Source: Candidatus Latescibacterota bacterium
Lineage (GTDB): Bacteria > Latescibacterota > UBA2968
Assembly (NCBI GenBank): GCA_965198115.1
Contig: OZ240241.1
Coordinates: 1,536,001-1,600,000 of the forward strand
Direction: 5' to 3'
Length of the DNA: 64,000 nt
A program made the translations under genes and the position numbers. Position 1 is the stretch's first letter, and every line of letters starts with the position of its first letter. Shown piece by piece: positions 40,469 through 51,525 of this stretch. A model generated the notes under the pieces. That model had not been told where the DNA came from. It ran no database searches and saw only the letters and a program-made list of their open reading frames with translations.

Positions 40469-41522
40469 TCATACTTTGAAAAGAAAGCGATGAATCTCTC
40501 CGTCCTCTACGATATGATCCTTCCCCTTCTGCATCAGCCTCCCCGCTTCCTTCACCTTCGCCTCGGTTCCGAGCCCGATCAGATCATCGTAGATCATGAC
40601 TTCGGACCGGATGAATCCTCGTTCGATGTCCTTATGGATCGCTCGTCCGGCTTGTGGGGCGCTGGCTCCGCGTCGAATCGTCCACGCCCGAACCTCATCT
40701 TCGCCAACCGTAAAGAAGGAAATCAGACCCAGCGATGCGTAGCAGAGCAACGTCAGCCGATCGATGGCGGGGCTCTCGATTCCCAAATCGTCTAAAAACG
40801 AATTGCGTTCGGCAGGCTCGAGCTGCGTGATTTCCTGCTCCGCGCGTGCCGATACCGATATCCATCGATAGGATCGCCCCTCGTGGTTGCTGCGAAGCTC
40901 TTCGATGAATGCCTCATCCACGATCCGCTCTTCTCCCACGTTGACCGGTTTTGTACTTAAAAATGGGTAGCTGTCCCACAATACGCGATTCTTCTTTGGT
41001 CAGATCGAACGTGACCAGGGTCCGATCCTCCTCAAGATGCCCCTTCATCCGTTCGAGGAGCGCTCGCTCCTTCGCAGCTTGCGTAGCATCGATCCGTCTT
41101 CCAGTCTCCTTCTCGATACGCTCGAGACGCTTTTCGATGAAAATCAGATCGCACAGCTGCAGTTCTTCTGCAAACACACGGATGTCCCGCGCGGTGTCTA
41201 CGCACCCCTCGAGGTGAAAGACGGTGTCGTCCTCGAACCCTCGCGCAACATAGCAGATCACGTCGACACGCTCCAAATGCTGAAACAGCACCCGATTTCG
41301 ATCGGGCTGTGTATCCAGATCGGGTAATAGCACAAACTCGATTTGCGCGGGTGTGCGCTTTTCGGGCACGTACATCGCGACGAGACGCTCGAGCCGCTCG
41401 TCGCGCACGTATGCAAAACCCGGCTGCGGTTCAGATCGATCGAGACCGGGCGCCTGGTCCGTCAGCAACTCGAACAACGTCCTCTTGCCTACCTGAGGCA
41501 AACCCACCAGCCCCAGCTTCAT
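40469..41522 (-). pseudogene. ychF: YchF-family ATPase split by a frameshift near 40975
   Basis: GLVGLPQVGK, V.DERL; C-terminal LISFFTVGEDEVRAWT, IH.DIERGFIR.EV, GK...V.DG in a second frame. Confidence 0.85.
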
Positions 41523-41617
41523 TCTGCGGCCTCCTGTCCTACGCTTGAATCCACGGTTTAAGGGCGTTAATATACATAAGACACCGGTTTTCGTGGGGAT
41601 GCTCAAAGGAGGAACCC

Positions 41618-42382
41618 GTGGACACAGGAACCCTCGGAAAGACAGGCATCGAAGTCTCGCGTCTCTGTTTCGGTACGGGCACCAACGGCTGGGCAGGCAG
41701 CTCCGATCAGATTGATCTCGGTCTCGACGAACTCGCCGACCTCCTGGCCTACGCACACGGTCGGGGCGTCACCTTCTGGGATGCGGCCGATCAGTATGGG
41801 AGCCACGCCCACGTCGGCCGTGGGCTTCGGATGATCGACCGGGAAACCGCGGTCGTCACGAGCAAAACCACTTCACGCGATTACGACGGCGTATCTGCCG
41901 ACATCGATCGGTTCCTGCTGGAAATCGGAACCGACTACGTCGACATCGTACTCCTCCATTGCCTCACGAGCTCGGACTGGCCCATCAAATGCCGCGGCGC
42001 AATGGACGCCCTCGAAGAGGCGAAGGAAGCTGGTAAGATTCGGGCACACGGCGTCTCCTGTCACGACTTCGGCGCTTTTCAGGAAGCAGCACGACAACCC
42101 TGGGTCGACGTCGTTCTTGCCCGCATCAACTACGGTGGACACAGCATGGACAGTACGCCCGAGGATATCATCGAGATCCTCGACGAAATGGATCGCGCAG
42201 ACATCGGCATCTACGGGATGAAAGTCGTCGGCGCCGGCAAGCTCGTCCACGACACACGCAACGCCATTCACTTCGTCCTCGACCTCCCGTCGATCGACTC
42301 GATCACGATCGGCATGGCGGGCAAACAAGAAGTCGACGAAAACATCGGCTGGGTCGAGGAACACACGGGCGTCCCTGTCTGA
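41618..42382 (+). CDS. Aldo/keto reductase (short form)
   Basis: LGKTGIEVSRLCFGT, DAADQYG, TDYVDIVLLH, GKIRAHGVSCH. Confidence 0.88.
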   Translation: MDTGTLGKTGIEVSRLCFGTGTNGWAGSSDQIDLGLDELADLLAYAHGRGVTFWDAADQYGSHAHVGRGLRMIDRETAVVTSKTTSRDYDGVSADIDRFLLEIGTDYVDIVLLHCLTSSDWPIKCRGAMDALEEAKEAGKIRAHGVSCHDFGAFQEAARQPWVDVVLARINYGGHSMDSTPEDIIEILDEMDRADIGIYGMKVVGAGKLVHDTRNAIHFVLDLPSIDSITIGMAGKQEVDENIGWVEEHTGVPV

Positions 42383-42510
42383 ATCGAGGCCTCAAGGGGA
42401 CAGAGTGTTCGGTGGTCGGTGTGAATCGAAACAATCGGTGGTCCTTCTCGTCCGTGTTCGTGTTTTTCGTGTATTTCGTGGTAAGGTTTTCCCGTTCGTG
42501 TGTACATAGA

Positions 42511-42543
42511 AAAGAGGCGAAGGAGATTCCCTTCGCCTCTTCG
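42511..42543 (-). terminator. Intrinsic terminator after the bifunctional nuclease gene
   Basis: AAGAGGCGAAGG-AGATTC-CCTTCGCCTCTT; the adjacent A-run reads as a U-tail on the minus strand. Confidence 0.65.
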
Positions 42544-42563
42544 TTTGCCCCGACCCGACGATC

Positions 42564-43241
42564 CTAATCGCTTTCGAGCCGAGTGATCTCCTGTTTCAAC
42601 TCACCGGCGTCTTCGTAGCGCTCTTCCCTGATGGCACGTTGCATCTGCTCGCGCAAGTTGGCGATGCGTTCGGCGGTCGAGCCATCGACGTCTGTGTTAT
42701 CCTCTTCGTCCGTCTGTGCGGCCGTGATGAGATCGCGAACGGCATCCTCGACCCCCGAGTCATCGATCGTTGCACCGCCCATTTCGAACTCGGCATCCTC
42801 GGTCTCTTCTCCGAGCTTCTCGAAGTAGGCCACACCCGACTTGGCCGTTCGGACTTTTCCGCCCGCCATGTTCAACACTTCTTCGGAAATGTAAACCGGC
42901 GCGTCGTACTTGAGTGCCAGGGCAATGCTGTCGCTAGGGCGAGCGTCCAGTCTGAGCTCTTCCCCGTTCAAGGTGATAACCAGCTCTGCATAGAAGATCT
43001 CTTCCTTCAGATCGACGATGTCGACACGCTCGACTTGAGCATCGAACTGTTCCAGAATCGACTTCAGCAGATCGTGCGTCAACGGCCGTGACATCTGCTT
43101 GCCCGCCAACTCGAAAGAAATCGCAATCGCCTCAGCGTCGCCGATGATGATAGGCAGCATCATCTCATCGTCCTGGCTCTGCAACCAGACCATGCGTTGC
43201 CGGTTCTGAGCCGTTAGATTGACCACTTTCATCTTGACCAT
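42564..43241 (-). CDS. Bifunctional nuclease (DUF151) with C-terminal UVR domain
   Basis: LPI.IG..EA.AI, RPLTHDL, DARPSD.IALA, A...E.YE.A..L..EI. Confidence 0.92.
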   Translation of the reverse strand: MVKMKVVNLTAQNRQRMVWLQSQDDEMMLPIIIGDAEAIAISFELAGKQMSRPLTHDLLKSILEQFDAQVERVDIVDLKEEIFYAELVITLNGEELRLDARPSDSIALALKYDAPVYISEEVLNMAGGKVRTAKSGVAYFEKLGEETEDAEFEMGGATIDDSGVEDAVRDLITAAQTDEEDNTDVDGSTAERIANLREQMQRAIREERYEDAGELKQEITRLESD

Positions 43242-43568
43242 CGAACTCTCCAGTCCCTTTCGAAGCCCGCAACGGGGGGGAGTGGGCCTGCCCCTCTCAC
43301 TCGTCGGGGCGAGCGTGAGGGGTCGAGGGCGACCGGCCGGCAGAATGCCACGGCATACTATACCAACCATCGGTCGACCGCGGTTCACTCTTTAAACTGT
43401 TCTGTGGGGCAGTAGTTCCGCGGTCAAGGGTGACCCAATATTAGGCACAACAACGTCATAAATCCAGTGTAAACGAGAACTTGGGCGTATTTCTGGTCGT
43501 TGACATGCACCTATACCACAACATAGATTGGCACCCACGAATCAAACCCCAACAGATAGGATAACGCC

Positions 43569-44393
43569 TTGCGCCTGTCCCTTTCCGTTCGTGTTGCCGA
43601 AAGTTTCAGTAACAAGCGCGTGGTCGCCATTCCACTCGATCTTCTGGCCCCTCTCGCGCGCGAAGCAGGCTACGAGGCTCTCTGCATGCGCGCCTCGGTC
43701 TGCGGTATTCATCACGACGCTGCACACGTCGGCAGGGTCAACCAATGTGTCGCCGACCAAGGTTTGGAGGTATCCATGATCACCGCCGATTTCGACGTAC
43801 CCGAAAATAGCGATATCGGCCCTCAGAGTCTTCGCAACATCGGATCCAGCCTCGACCTGGCTCAATCACTCGGCGCGGACCTGATTCGGGTCTGCATCAA
43901 GAACGACGACGATGTACACGCCGCCGCAAGAGCTGCCGACGAAGCGAAGGAAAGGGGCATTCGCCTCGCGCATCAATCTCACACACGGAGTCTGTTCGAG
44001 ACCGTCGATGGGTCGGTCGAAACGCTGAAACACATCGGGCGAAGCAATTTCGGCATCATCTACGAGCCGGCCAACCTTGCGATCTGCGGTCAGGATTATG
44101 GGGAGACAACACTCCGTGCTTTCGAACCTTATCTGTTCAACGTGTATCTCCAGAACCACGTGCCCGAAGACGACGGCGATCTGGCCATGGACACTTGGAC
44201 GTTGGGCGAGGTCAACACCCGGCTCTACCCGCTCGACTCGGGAAAGGGGATTGATTTCTGCGCGGTGTTCGACGGTCTTCACGCCATCGAGTACGACGGC
44301 TGGGTCACACTCCACCACGCCTTCGCCGGTCAACTACCGCCCGAGCAGGCAGCAAAAGAGTCTGCCGACTTCCTGAAGCAATTCATCGCCTGA
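43569..44393 (+). CDS. Sugar phosphate isomerase/epimerase (xylose-isomerase-like TIM barrel)
   Basis: A..LGA.LIR, NFGIIYEPANL, G.GIDF..VF..L..I.YDGW. Confidence 0.8.
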   Translation: MRLSLSVRVAESFSNKRVVAIPLDLLAPLAREAGYEALCMRASVCGIHHDAAHVGRVNQCVADQGLEVSMITADFDVPENSDIGPQSLRNIGSSLDLAQSLGADLIRVCIKNDDDVHAAARAADEAKERGIRLAHQSHTRSLFETVDGSVETLKHIGRSNFGIIYEPANLAICGQDYGETTLRAFEPYLFNVYLQNHVPEDDGDLAMDTWTLGEVNTRLYPLDSGKGIDFCAVFDGLHAIEYDGWVTLHHAFAGQLPPEQAAKESADFLKQFIA

Positions 44394-44405
44394 TCAGGGG
44401 CATAC

Positions 44406-45755
44406 GTGAACGCCGACACGCTTCTCGCCAAACTCGACGAGCATCAGATCACAAAGATCCGACTCGGCACGTTCGATCTCGACGGGATTCTCAGAGGCAA
44501 GTACGTCTCTCGCGACAAATTTGCCTCGGCTGTCGAAAACGGAATGAGTTTCTGCGACGTGCTCTTCGGTTGGGACATGAACGACGATCTCTACGACCGC
44601 GAGAGTTTGACCGGCTGGCAGACAGGCTATCCCGACGCGCTCGCGAAGATCGACGTCGATTCGTTCCGACTCGTCCCGTGGGAAAGGGACACAGCCCTGT
44701 TTCTGATGGATCTGTACGACGCGAACGGGGATCCCTACCCTCTATCGGCGCGCCATCTCCTCTCACGCCTCGTCCAGCGCGCAGAGGAGAACGGCCACAC
44801 ACTCCGAGCTGCCTTCGAGTACGAGTATTTCTTTTTCCGGGAGACGGCCCAAAGCCTGCACGACAAGGGTTTCCGGGACCTCGTCCCCCTTTCTCCGGGG
44901 ATGTTCGGCTACAGCGCCGCGCGTGCCTCGACTTACAGCGACCTCGTGCACGACATCATCGAAGCCATGCAGGTCTTCGACGTCGAAATCGAAGGCATCC
45001 ATACCGAGACGGGCCCCGGCGTCTACGAAACGGCCATTCGGTACGCCGACGGGATCTCAGCCGCCGACAAGGGCGCGCTGTTCAAAGCCGGGATGAAAGA
45101 ACTCGCGCCCCGCCACGATCTCATCGCCACCTTCATGGCCAAGTGGAACCCTGAACTGCCCGGCTGTAGCGGCCACGTCCACCAGAGCCTCATCGACGCA
45201 GAGGGAAACAATACGTTTGCCGACGGGACGGGCGGCCTCTCCGACACGGCGAAGCACTATCTGGCGGGACTCCTGGCTATGATGCCAGCGACAACCGTCT
45301 TCTACTGTCCAACCGTCAATTCCTACAAGCGCGCCGTGCCCGGTGTCTGGTCGCCCATCAACATCGGGTGGGGTATTGAAAACAGGACCACCGCCGTTCG
45401 CGCGATACCGGGCAACACCCCAAAGTCGACCCGCCTCGAATGTCGCGTGCCAGGTGCCGACGCAAACCCCCATCTCGCCCTCGCCGTCAGTCTTGCCTCC
45501 GGCCTTCACGGAATCAGCGAAAAGCTCGACCCGCCCGAGCAGGTGACCAGCAACGCGTACGAAGATGAATCGCTCGGAATGCTCCCCTCCAACCTGGAAC
45601 ACGCCACCTCCCAACTCGCCCGCAGTGACGTACTCCGCGATCTACTCAGCAACACGTTCGTCGACCACTACGTCATGACCCGCGAATATGAGGTACGCCG
45701 CTACGAAAAGGCCGTCACCGATTGGGAACTACGCCGCTACTTCGAAATCATCTGA
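44406..45755 (+). CDS. Glutamine synthetase-like gamma-glutamylamine ligase
   Basis: D..GILRGK, EYE, HTETGPGVYE, ATFMAK, GCSGHVHQSL, P.VNSYKR, NRT, E.RVPGADANP. Confidence 0.9.
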   Translation: MNADTLLAKLDEHQITKIRLGTFDLDGILRGKYVSRDKFASAVENGMSFCDVLFGWDMNDDLYDRESLTGWQTGYPDALAKIDVDSFRLVPWERDTALFLMDLYDANGDPYPLSARHLLSRLVQRAEENGHTLRAAFEYEYFFFRETAQSLHDKGFRDLVPLSPGMFGYSAARASTYSDLVHDIIEAMQVFDVEIEGIHTETGPGVYETAIRYADGISAADKGALFKAGMKELAPRHDLIATFMAKWNPELPGCSGHVHQSLIDAEGNNTFADGTGGLSDTAKHYLAGLLAMMPATTVFYCPTVNSYKRAVPGVWSPINIGWGIENRTTAVRAIPGNTPKSTRLECRVPGADANPHLALAVSLASGLHGISEKLDPPEQVTSNAYEDESLGMLPSNLEHATSQLARSDVLRDLLSNTFVDHYVMTREYEVRRYEKAVTDWELRRYFEII

Positions 45756-45822
45756 TCTTCACGTCCCACATCATCACGTTCTGCGCAGCGATGCGCTGGT
45801 TCCCTAATTCCCTAATGTAATC

Positions 45823-46973
45823 ATGATCCACACCTTCTCTTTCCCCACTCGGATCCTCTTCGGCGCAGGCGCGCTCGACAAACTTCCGGACCTCGTCCGC
45901 GAGCAAAACGCCACGACCGTCTGCATCGTCACTGACCGCGGCCTCGTCGACGCCGGCATTGCCCCTCGAGCAATGGACCTTCTCGGCTCAGTCGTGACAG
46001 TCACACTCTTCGCCGACGTGTCGCCCAACCCCGACGCTGACTGTGTCGAAGCCGCAACACGATCTCTGCGAGAGAGTGGAGCCGACCTCGTCGTCGGTCT
46101 GGGGGGCGGAAGCGCGATGGACACGGCCAAGGCGGCCGCCCTGCGCCTGAACCACCACGACGACTGGACGCGATACGAGATTCAGATCGGCGGGGACCGT
46201 AACATGACCGAAACGGTCCCACCCATCATCGCCATTCCCACGACGGCTGGAACGGGCAGCGAAGTCGGTCGAAGCGCGGTCGTCACGCTTCAACCCGACA
46301 ACCGAAAGGCCGTTATCTGCGGACCGAAACTGCTCCCGAAAACTGCGCTGTGCGATCCCGAGCTCACACGTAACCTGCCATCCCACATCACGGCCGCCAC
46401 GGGGATGGACGCGCTGACACACAACATCGAAGCCTACCTCTCTACGGCCTATCACCCCATCTGTGACGCCATCGCGCTGGGCGGCGTTCGTCGAGTCGCG
46501 CAGAACCTTCACGAGGCTTTCGTGACGGCCAGAATCTGAAGGCGCGTTTGGAGATGATGCTCGCATCCAGCATGGGAGCGATCGCGTTCCAGAAAGACCT
46601 CGGGGCAGCCCACGCGCTCGCGCATCCGCTCTCCACTGTCGCAAATGTGCCGCACGGTCTCGCCAATGCCATTCTCCTGCCTCACGTCATGTCCTTCAAC
46701 AAACCGGATGCCACGCTACGTCTCGCGGACATTGCCGAGGCGATGGGCTGTTCCGTGGCGGGCTCGCCGGAGGAGGCCGCCGATCAGGCCATCGACGCGG
46801 TACGACGTCTCGCCGCCGACATCGATGTCCCGGCAACGTTGTCGGCCGTCGGGGTAAGCGCTGACCAGATCCCGAGCATGGTTGCCCAGGCCATCGATGA
46901 CCCCAACCTGCCGACCAACCCACGCCCGTGTTCCAGAGCCGACCTCCACGATCTCTACAGTGCAGCCATGTGA
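45823..46973 (+). pseudogene. Iron-containing alcohol dehydrogenase, frameshifted near 46525
   Basis: GLGGGSAMD, IPTTAGTGSEV, TGMDALTH; second frame carries LGAAHALAHPL..PHGLAN. Confidence 0.85.
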
Positions 46974-47173
46974 AAAGCCCCGCCACCATCGTGACAGGGC
47001 TCCACGTCAAGACCACTTAATGCGCCCTCGTGCAGAGCACGAGGGCGAGCGTGGCGCATTTATGTGATGAAAAACGTTGCGTTGAGCTCGTCCCTGTGCC
47101 TGTCTTGGACTTGTCGAAGGGCTGTGCACAGGGACGCTTAGCTGCATCTGCTTGGCCCAAAACACCAACAACT

Positions 47174-48301
47174 TCACTCCGGCACGATCCGAATCAACGT
47201 CGCGCGCCCCGCCGGAATCGGAAACGTCAACTCCAGAGGATCGACTGCTCGGAGTGACTTTCTCTCCGCCGTTCGCACGACGGCGCCGGCCTGGATCATC
47301 TGCCGCTCGTATCCATAGGCGCGACCCCATCGCATGCCCGAAAGCGAGAGATCCGCCTCGATCGGCCCGCTATCGTGTCGGCGCCACAACAGGAGCACGA
47401 CAGCATCCCCTTCCATCGACGCCACCCCTCCGACCCCGTCATCCGACAACGTCATCGGAATCTGGACACCGCCCAGTTCCCCAAAGGCCCGGAAGGCGGT
47501 GCCGCCCACGGCGAGATCGATGGATCGACGCACGCTGCGGCCAGTTCGGTACCCAGCAGATGCCGGAGCGCACCACACGTCAGGTAAACCGGATCCGCAG
47601 CTCCTTCGACCAATCCCCAGCGCGAAACGATCGCCTCGGGCCGCTCGGACGGCGCCACCGCATCGATCGCGGCCTCGACCCGATGATACGAGTCGAGAGG
47701 ATCCGCCACGTTCCTGACCGCCACGTGCCAGCTCACGAAATGGAGCGGGAGCGATCGCTCGACACACAGCCGGATAAAGGGCCGAATCAGCTCTCGGGTC
47801 CAATCGGCGCCAGGCCCACCGATCATGGCTTTGTGGTGACCGTTATAAGCCGCCCACGCGCCCGATTCGTAGTACCTCAGGAATCGCCCGAGGTCCTCGA
47901 GGCCATCCGCCGAAATCTCGTACCGATCCACCCTCTCAAACGTGCGCCGAACCGTGTCCGTCACACGCTTGCGCCACGTCTCTTCATCATCCGGCGCGCC
48001 CGCCACGGGCAACGTGAGGATGACCCGTCGTCCTGCGTGCTTGGCCGATTCGATCGCTGCGTTGAGCGCGTGCCAACCCGGGCCCCCTCCTCCGATGCGC
48101 TCCTGCCACGACGCACGGATCAGCGCCGGATCGATCCGCTCCCACGTCACGCGCTCCCTCGCGATGTCGTCCAGACCGGAGGGTGCCACGCCAGAAGGCC
48201 GGAATCAGCCCCACGCCCTTCCGGCTGTCCACTTCGATCGCAACCGTCCGCGCCTCAATCGTAGCAATCGAGAACAATGCCGCAACGTGAACGAAGATCA
48301 C
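47174..48301 (-). pseudogene. Secreted GH39-like glycoside hydrolase-related protein in three frames
   Basis: Signal-like start; G...P.FW, YY...A, IGGPG, LP.HF.SWH, .SRWG; C-terminal beta-domain in another frame. Confidence 0.5.
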
Positions 48302-48432
48302 GACCTCGAGACGGCCGATGCCTTACTGTAGGTAGAGTCGCTCATCATGGTTGAATGGGGCGAAGCCTGGCACCTGGTTTTGTCACTGGTCATTGGTCAC
48401 TGGTCAATCTCCCCCCCTCGCTCCCAATCCGG

Positions 48433-49494
48433 CTATACCAGCGTAAGGTCTGCCCGATGCCCGTCTTCGATAAACGCACTCATCAGCCGGATCGCTGCCT
48501 GGACGTCACCCTTTGCCACGAGCTCCACCGAGGTGTGGATATAACGCGTCGGCAAAGACAGCGTCACCACCGGCACCCCGTCGCGCACGCGCTGCATACC
48601 ACCCGCATCCGTTCCACCGCGGGGCAGAATTTCCAGCTGATGCTTGATCTTCCGACTCGTCGCCAGACGTCGCATGTGGGCAACGAGCCCCGGATGCGAG
48701 ATCGACCCGGAATCGTGCAGCTTGATGCCGGCTCCGTCACCCAGAACAGTCACCCGCTCGTGTTCCGGGACGCCCGGTATATCCGCCGCGATTGTCGTGT
48801 CGATCGCCACACCCACATCTGGCTCGATACCGAACGTGCTGACCCCGGCACCTCTCAAACCGATCTCTTCCTGAACCGTCGCGACGGCGTAGACATCGAA
48901 ACCAAACGACTTCGCTCGCCGGACGGCTTCGATCATCACGAAAATCGCGACCCGGTTGTCGATCGACTTGCACGAGAACCCGTTGCCCACAGCTGAGAAC
49001 TCTCGCTGGATCGTCACCATTGTCCCGATCTCGACGTCTCGTTTGACGCGCGAGGGAGGGAGACAGAGGTCGACGAAAAAGTCGGGGATCGTCAGACTCT
49101 TTCCCCGATCCGCCTCCGTCTGGAGGTGCGGCGGCTTCACACCTGGATAAAGAACCCCGGTCAGGTCCCCTCGCTTGGCCGCAACCGTCACACGTTGGGC
49201 GACCATGTTTCTGGGATCGTGACCACCCAGTGGAACAAGTCGCAACAAACCACGCTCGTCGACGTGCGAAACGACGAAACCGATCTCGTCCATGTGAGCG
49301 GCCAGCATCAGCTTCATCGGGCTGCGTCCCTTCGTCGCACTCTTCCGTCCTACCACGTTCCCCAGCTTGTCGACTTCGATCGCATCCACAAGAGGTTCGA
49401 GCTCCCGTGTCACGATCTCGCGAAGCCGTCCCTCACGACCCGGGATACCCGAGCACTCGCAGAGCTCACCTAGGAGCGTAAAGTCATCTGCCAT
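48433..49494 (-). CDS. M42 family metallo-aminopeptidase
   Basis: AAHMDEIG, K.IDNR, TVQEEIGLRGA, GGTDAG, PTRYIH. Confidence 0.93.
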   Translation of the reverse strand: MADDFTLLGELCECSGIPGREGRLREIVTRELEPLVDAIEVDKLGNVVGRKSATKGRSPMKLMLAAHMDEIGFVVSHVDERGLLRLVPLGGHDPRNMVAQRVTVAAKRGDLTGVLYPGVKPPHLQTEADRGKSLTIPDFFVDLCLPPSRVKRDVEIGTMVTIQREFSAVGNGFSCKSIDNRVAIFVMIEAVRRAKSFGFDVYAVATVQEEIGLRGAGVSTFGIEPDVGVAIDTTIAADIPGVPEHERVTVLGDGAGIKLHDSGSISHPGLVAHMRRLATSRKIKHQLEILPRGGTDAGGMQRVRDGVPVVTLSLPTRYIHTSVELVAKGDVQAAIRLMSAFIEDGHRADLTLV

Positions 49495-49573
49495 TTCCGA
49501 TCCTTTGCGTTTCAATCATCGCGTTATCGAATGGTTTTGGCGCGAGGAAGAAGACGACGGCCATTACCATCTG

Positions 49574-49939
49574 TCATCTGTCGTCCGGGTATTTGGCCAC
49601 GAGCTCGTGAGAGATGCCGCCCCTCGCATTGAACTTGCCGACAATCGTCATCTCTCGGGGATCACAGGCAGCAACCAGGTCATCGAGGACCTTGTTGGTT
49701 ACACCTTCGAAAAAGATGCCCATACTGCGATACGCCTGGAAATAAAGCTTCAGCGAACGCAGTTCCACACATCGCGGACCCGGAATGTATCGAACGACAA
49801 TCGTCGCGAAATCCGGGTGCCCCGTCTTCGGGCACAGCGATGTGAATTCGGGACACGTAAACTCGATCGAGTAGGCGCGATCCGACCTCGGATTGTCGAA
49901 CGTTTCCAGCAGCCCGGCGGGATCCTGATCGTCACTCAC
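49574..49939 (-). CDS. queF: NADPH-dependent preQ0 reductase (unimodular)
   Basis: PEFTSLCPKTGHPDFA, VELRSLKLY, FNARGGI. Confidence 0.93.
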   Translation of the reverse strand: MSDDQDPAGLLETFDNPRSDRAYSIEFTCPEFTSLCPKTGHPDFATIVVRYIPGPRCVELRSLKLYFQAYRSMGIFFEGVTNKVLDDLVAACDPREMTIVGKFNARGGISHELVAKYPDDR

Positions 49940-50282
49940 CGTGCACCTCTGCTGTCACCTTGGTTTCGATGCCGCCTCGAACGTTGAATCGAATCGTGAC
50001 GCGAATCTCACGAGGAGCACACGCAGCGTGCAGACCGTCCAGCACGCGGTTGGCCACCGCTTCGAAGTGGTGCGATTCGTCACGATAGGAGTTCAGATAC
50101 GTCTTGAGGGCCACCGTCTCCAAACACGACCGGTCCGGCGTGTACTCGATCTCGACGACGCCGAAGCTCGGCTGCTCCGTCAACGGATACAGAAACGTGA
50201 ACTCCTCCGTGACGTGCTCGACGCGTGTTTCCCTTTCGGGATCCGGATTGACAAAGGTCTTGAGGGCCGTCGAGTCGGGCAC
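49932..50282 (-). CDS. QueF paralog lacking the catalytic Cys/Asp
   Basis: EFTFLYPLTEQPSFG replaces EFTSLCP.TG.PDF; retains LE...LK.Y..SYR and FNVRGGI. Confidence 0.8.
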   Translation of the reverse strand: MPDSTALKTFVNPDPERETRVEHVTEEFTFLYPLTEQPSFGVVEIEYTPDRSCLETVALKTYLNSYRDESHHFEAVANRVLDGLHAACAPREIRVTIRFNVRGGIETKVTAEVHGE

Positions 50283-50284
50283 GA

Positions 50285-51448
50285 TCAGCCCTCTCCCAAA
50301 CTCGCGCCGGCCGGCATCTCGAGGGTTGGGCGGATGGGCGTCGTCTTATACGATCGATAGGCTATGTCGAGATGAGGAGTTTCTAGCAGCTTGGCATCCT
50401 GATGTTTGGAATCCAGGAGCGCTTCGAGCGCGCCCGAAATCAGCAGCGTCCGTTCGACCGGATACTGCGGCTTTCGAGACAGAAACATCGAGTGAATGTT
50501 CAGCCCGAGATAACTGAAGTGTGCGTGGGGTTTATCGGGCAACGTGACCTGCATCGCATCCACCTCGCCTCCTCGCCGTGCCGCGAATCCCCAGCCTCGG
50601 GTGTACCCGTTGAGCAGCATGCTCGCCGTCTTCAGCCCATCGCAATACGTCATTAAAAACAGGATGGGATTCTCGCAATGGTCCTCGATACGACCCTCCG
50701 GCTTATCCGAAACCTGGCCGGCTGCCTGTTCCACCAGCTCTCGATCGAACAGCCCATCATCCGACGCCTTCCAGACATCCGCTCCTTCGAAACATTGAAC
50801 CGAGGCAATCCCTGTCTCGCCTCCACTTCGACGTTCGACCATGCACTGCAACAGTTCGAGCGTGTGAAACCCGTAGGAGTCGGTGGGTCCGTGGGCGACG
50901 GACACCGCCCCATCGATTTCGACGTCCATCTCATACTCGAGAAAGGGAGACCGCCACGCCAGCGGAACCGAAGATCCCGCCATGAACGGAATCTCCAGAG
51001 CCTTGGCGCGATCGTACATCCAGAGCGCGTCCGCCCAGTTGTAGGCCAGATGCTTGTCGCTGAAAACAGGAATCGGTTTCCCACGGGTCTCGATGATGCC
51101 GCAGATCTGTTCGAAGAAGTACTTCCGAGGATAAAGATGCTGCTCCTTCTCGTTCCACGCATAGTCCCCGTGTTCGCCGATCAGAAGCACTCCGTCCACC
51201 ACCAGATCGTTTCCGCCCAGCGTCAGCGCCTTTGGAATGCTCGGATAGATGGGAACGCCGTGCGCATTCGCCAGCGTACGGCCGATGTCACGATCCGCGA
51301 TCTGGTCCATATACATGGAGACGATATCGACCTCCGGCGCCACCACCCCCTCGTCCGTCGGGAAACCCTCGAGGAACTTCGTCACGATCACATCCGCGTG
51401 CGATCGGGGCCGATACTCCGTCACGATAGCTGCAATCTTAGGTCTCAT
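50285..51448 (-). CDS. Conserved hypothetical protein, Gfo/Idh/MocA-like
   Basis: SHADVI, LLIGEHGDY, P.F.DKHL, MAGSS, YGFH.LE, PVERTLL. Confidence 0.65.
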   Translation of the reverse strand: MRPKIAAIVTEYRPRSHADVIVTKFLEGFPTDEGVVAPEVDIVSMYMDQIADRDIGRTLANAHGVPIYPSIPKALTLGGNDLVVDGVLLIGEHGDYAWNEKEQHLYPRKYFFEQICGIIETRGKPIPVFSDKHLAYNWADALWMYDRAKALEIPFMAGSSVPLAWRSPFLEYEMDVEIDGAVSVAHGPTDSYGFHTLELLQCMVERRSGGETGIASVQCFEGADVWKASDDGLFDRELVEQAAGQVSDKPEGRIEDHCENPILFLMTYCDGLKTASMLLNGYTRGWGFAARRGGEVDAMQVTLPDKPHAHFSYLGLNIHSMFLSRKPQYPVERTLLISGALEALLDSKHQDAKLLETPHLDIAYRSYKTTPIRPTLEMPAGASLGEG

Positions 51449-51525
51449 CGTCAGTTCCCACTACGTGTGCTGATCTTGAGGTGATTCTCCACTCGGATCT
51501 CACTACTCGGACTCGGATATTGTTT

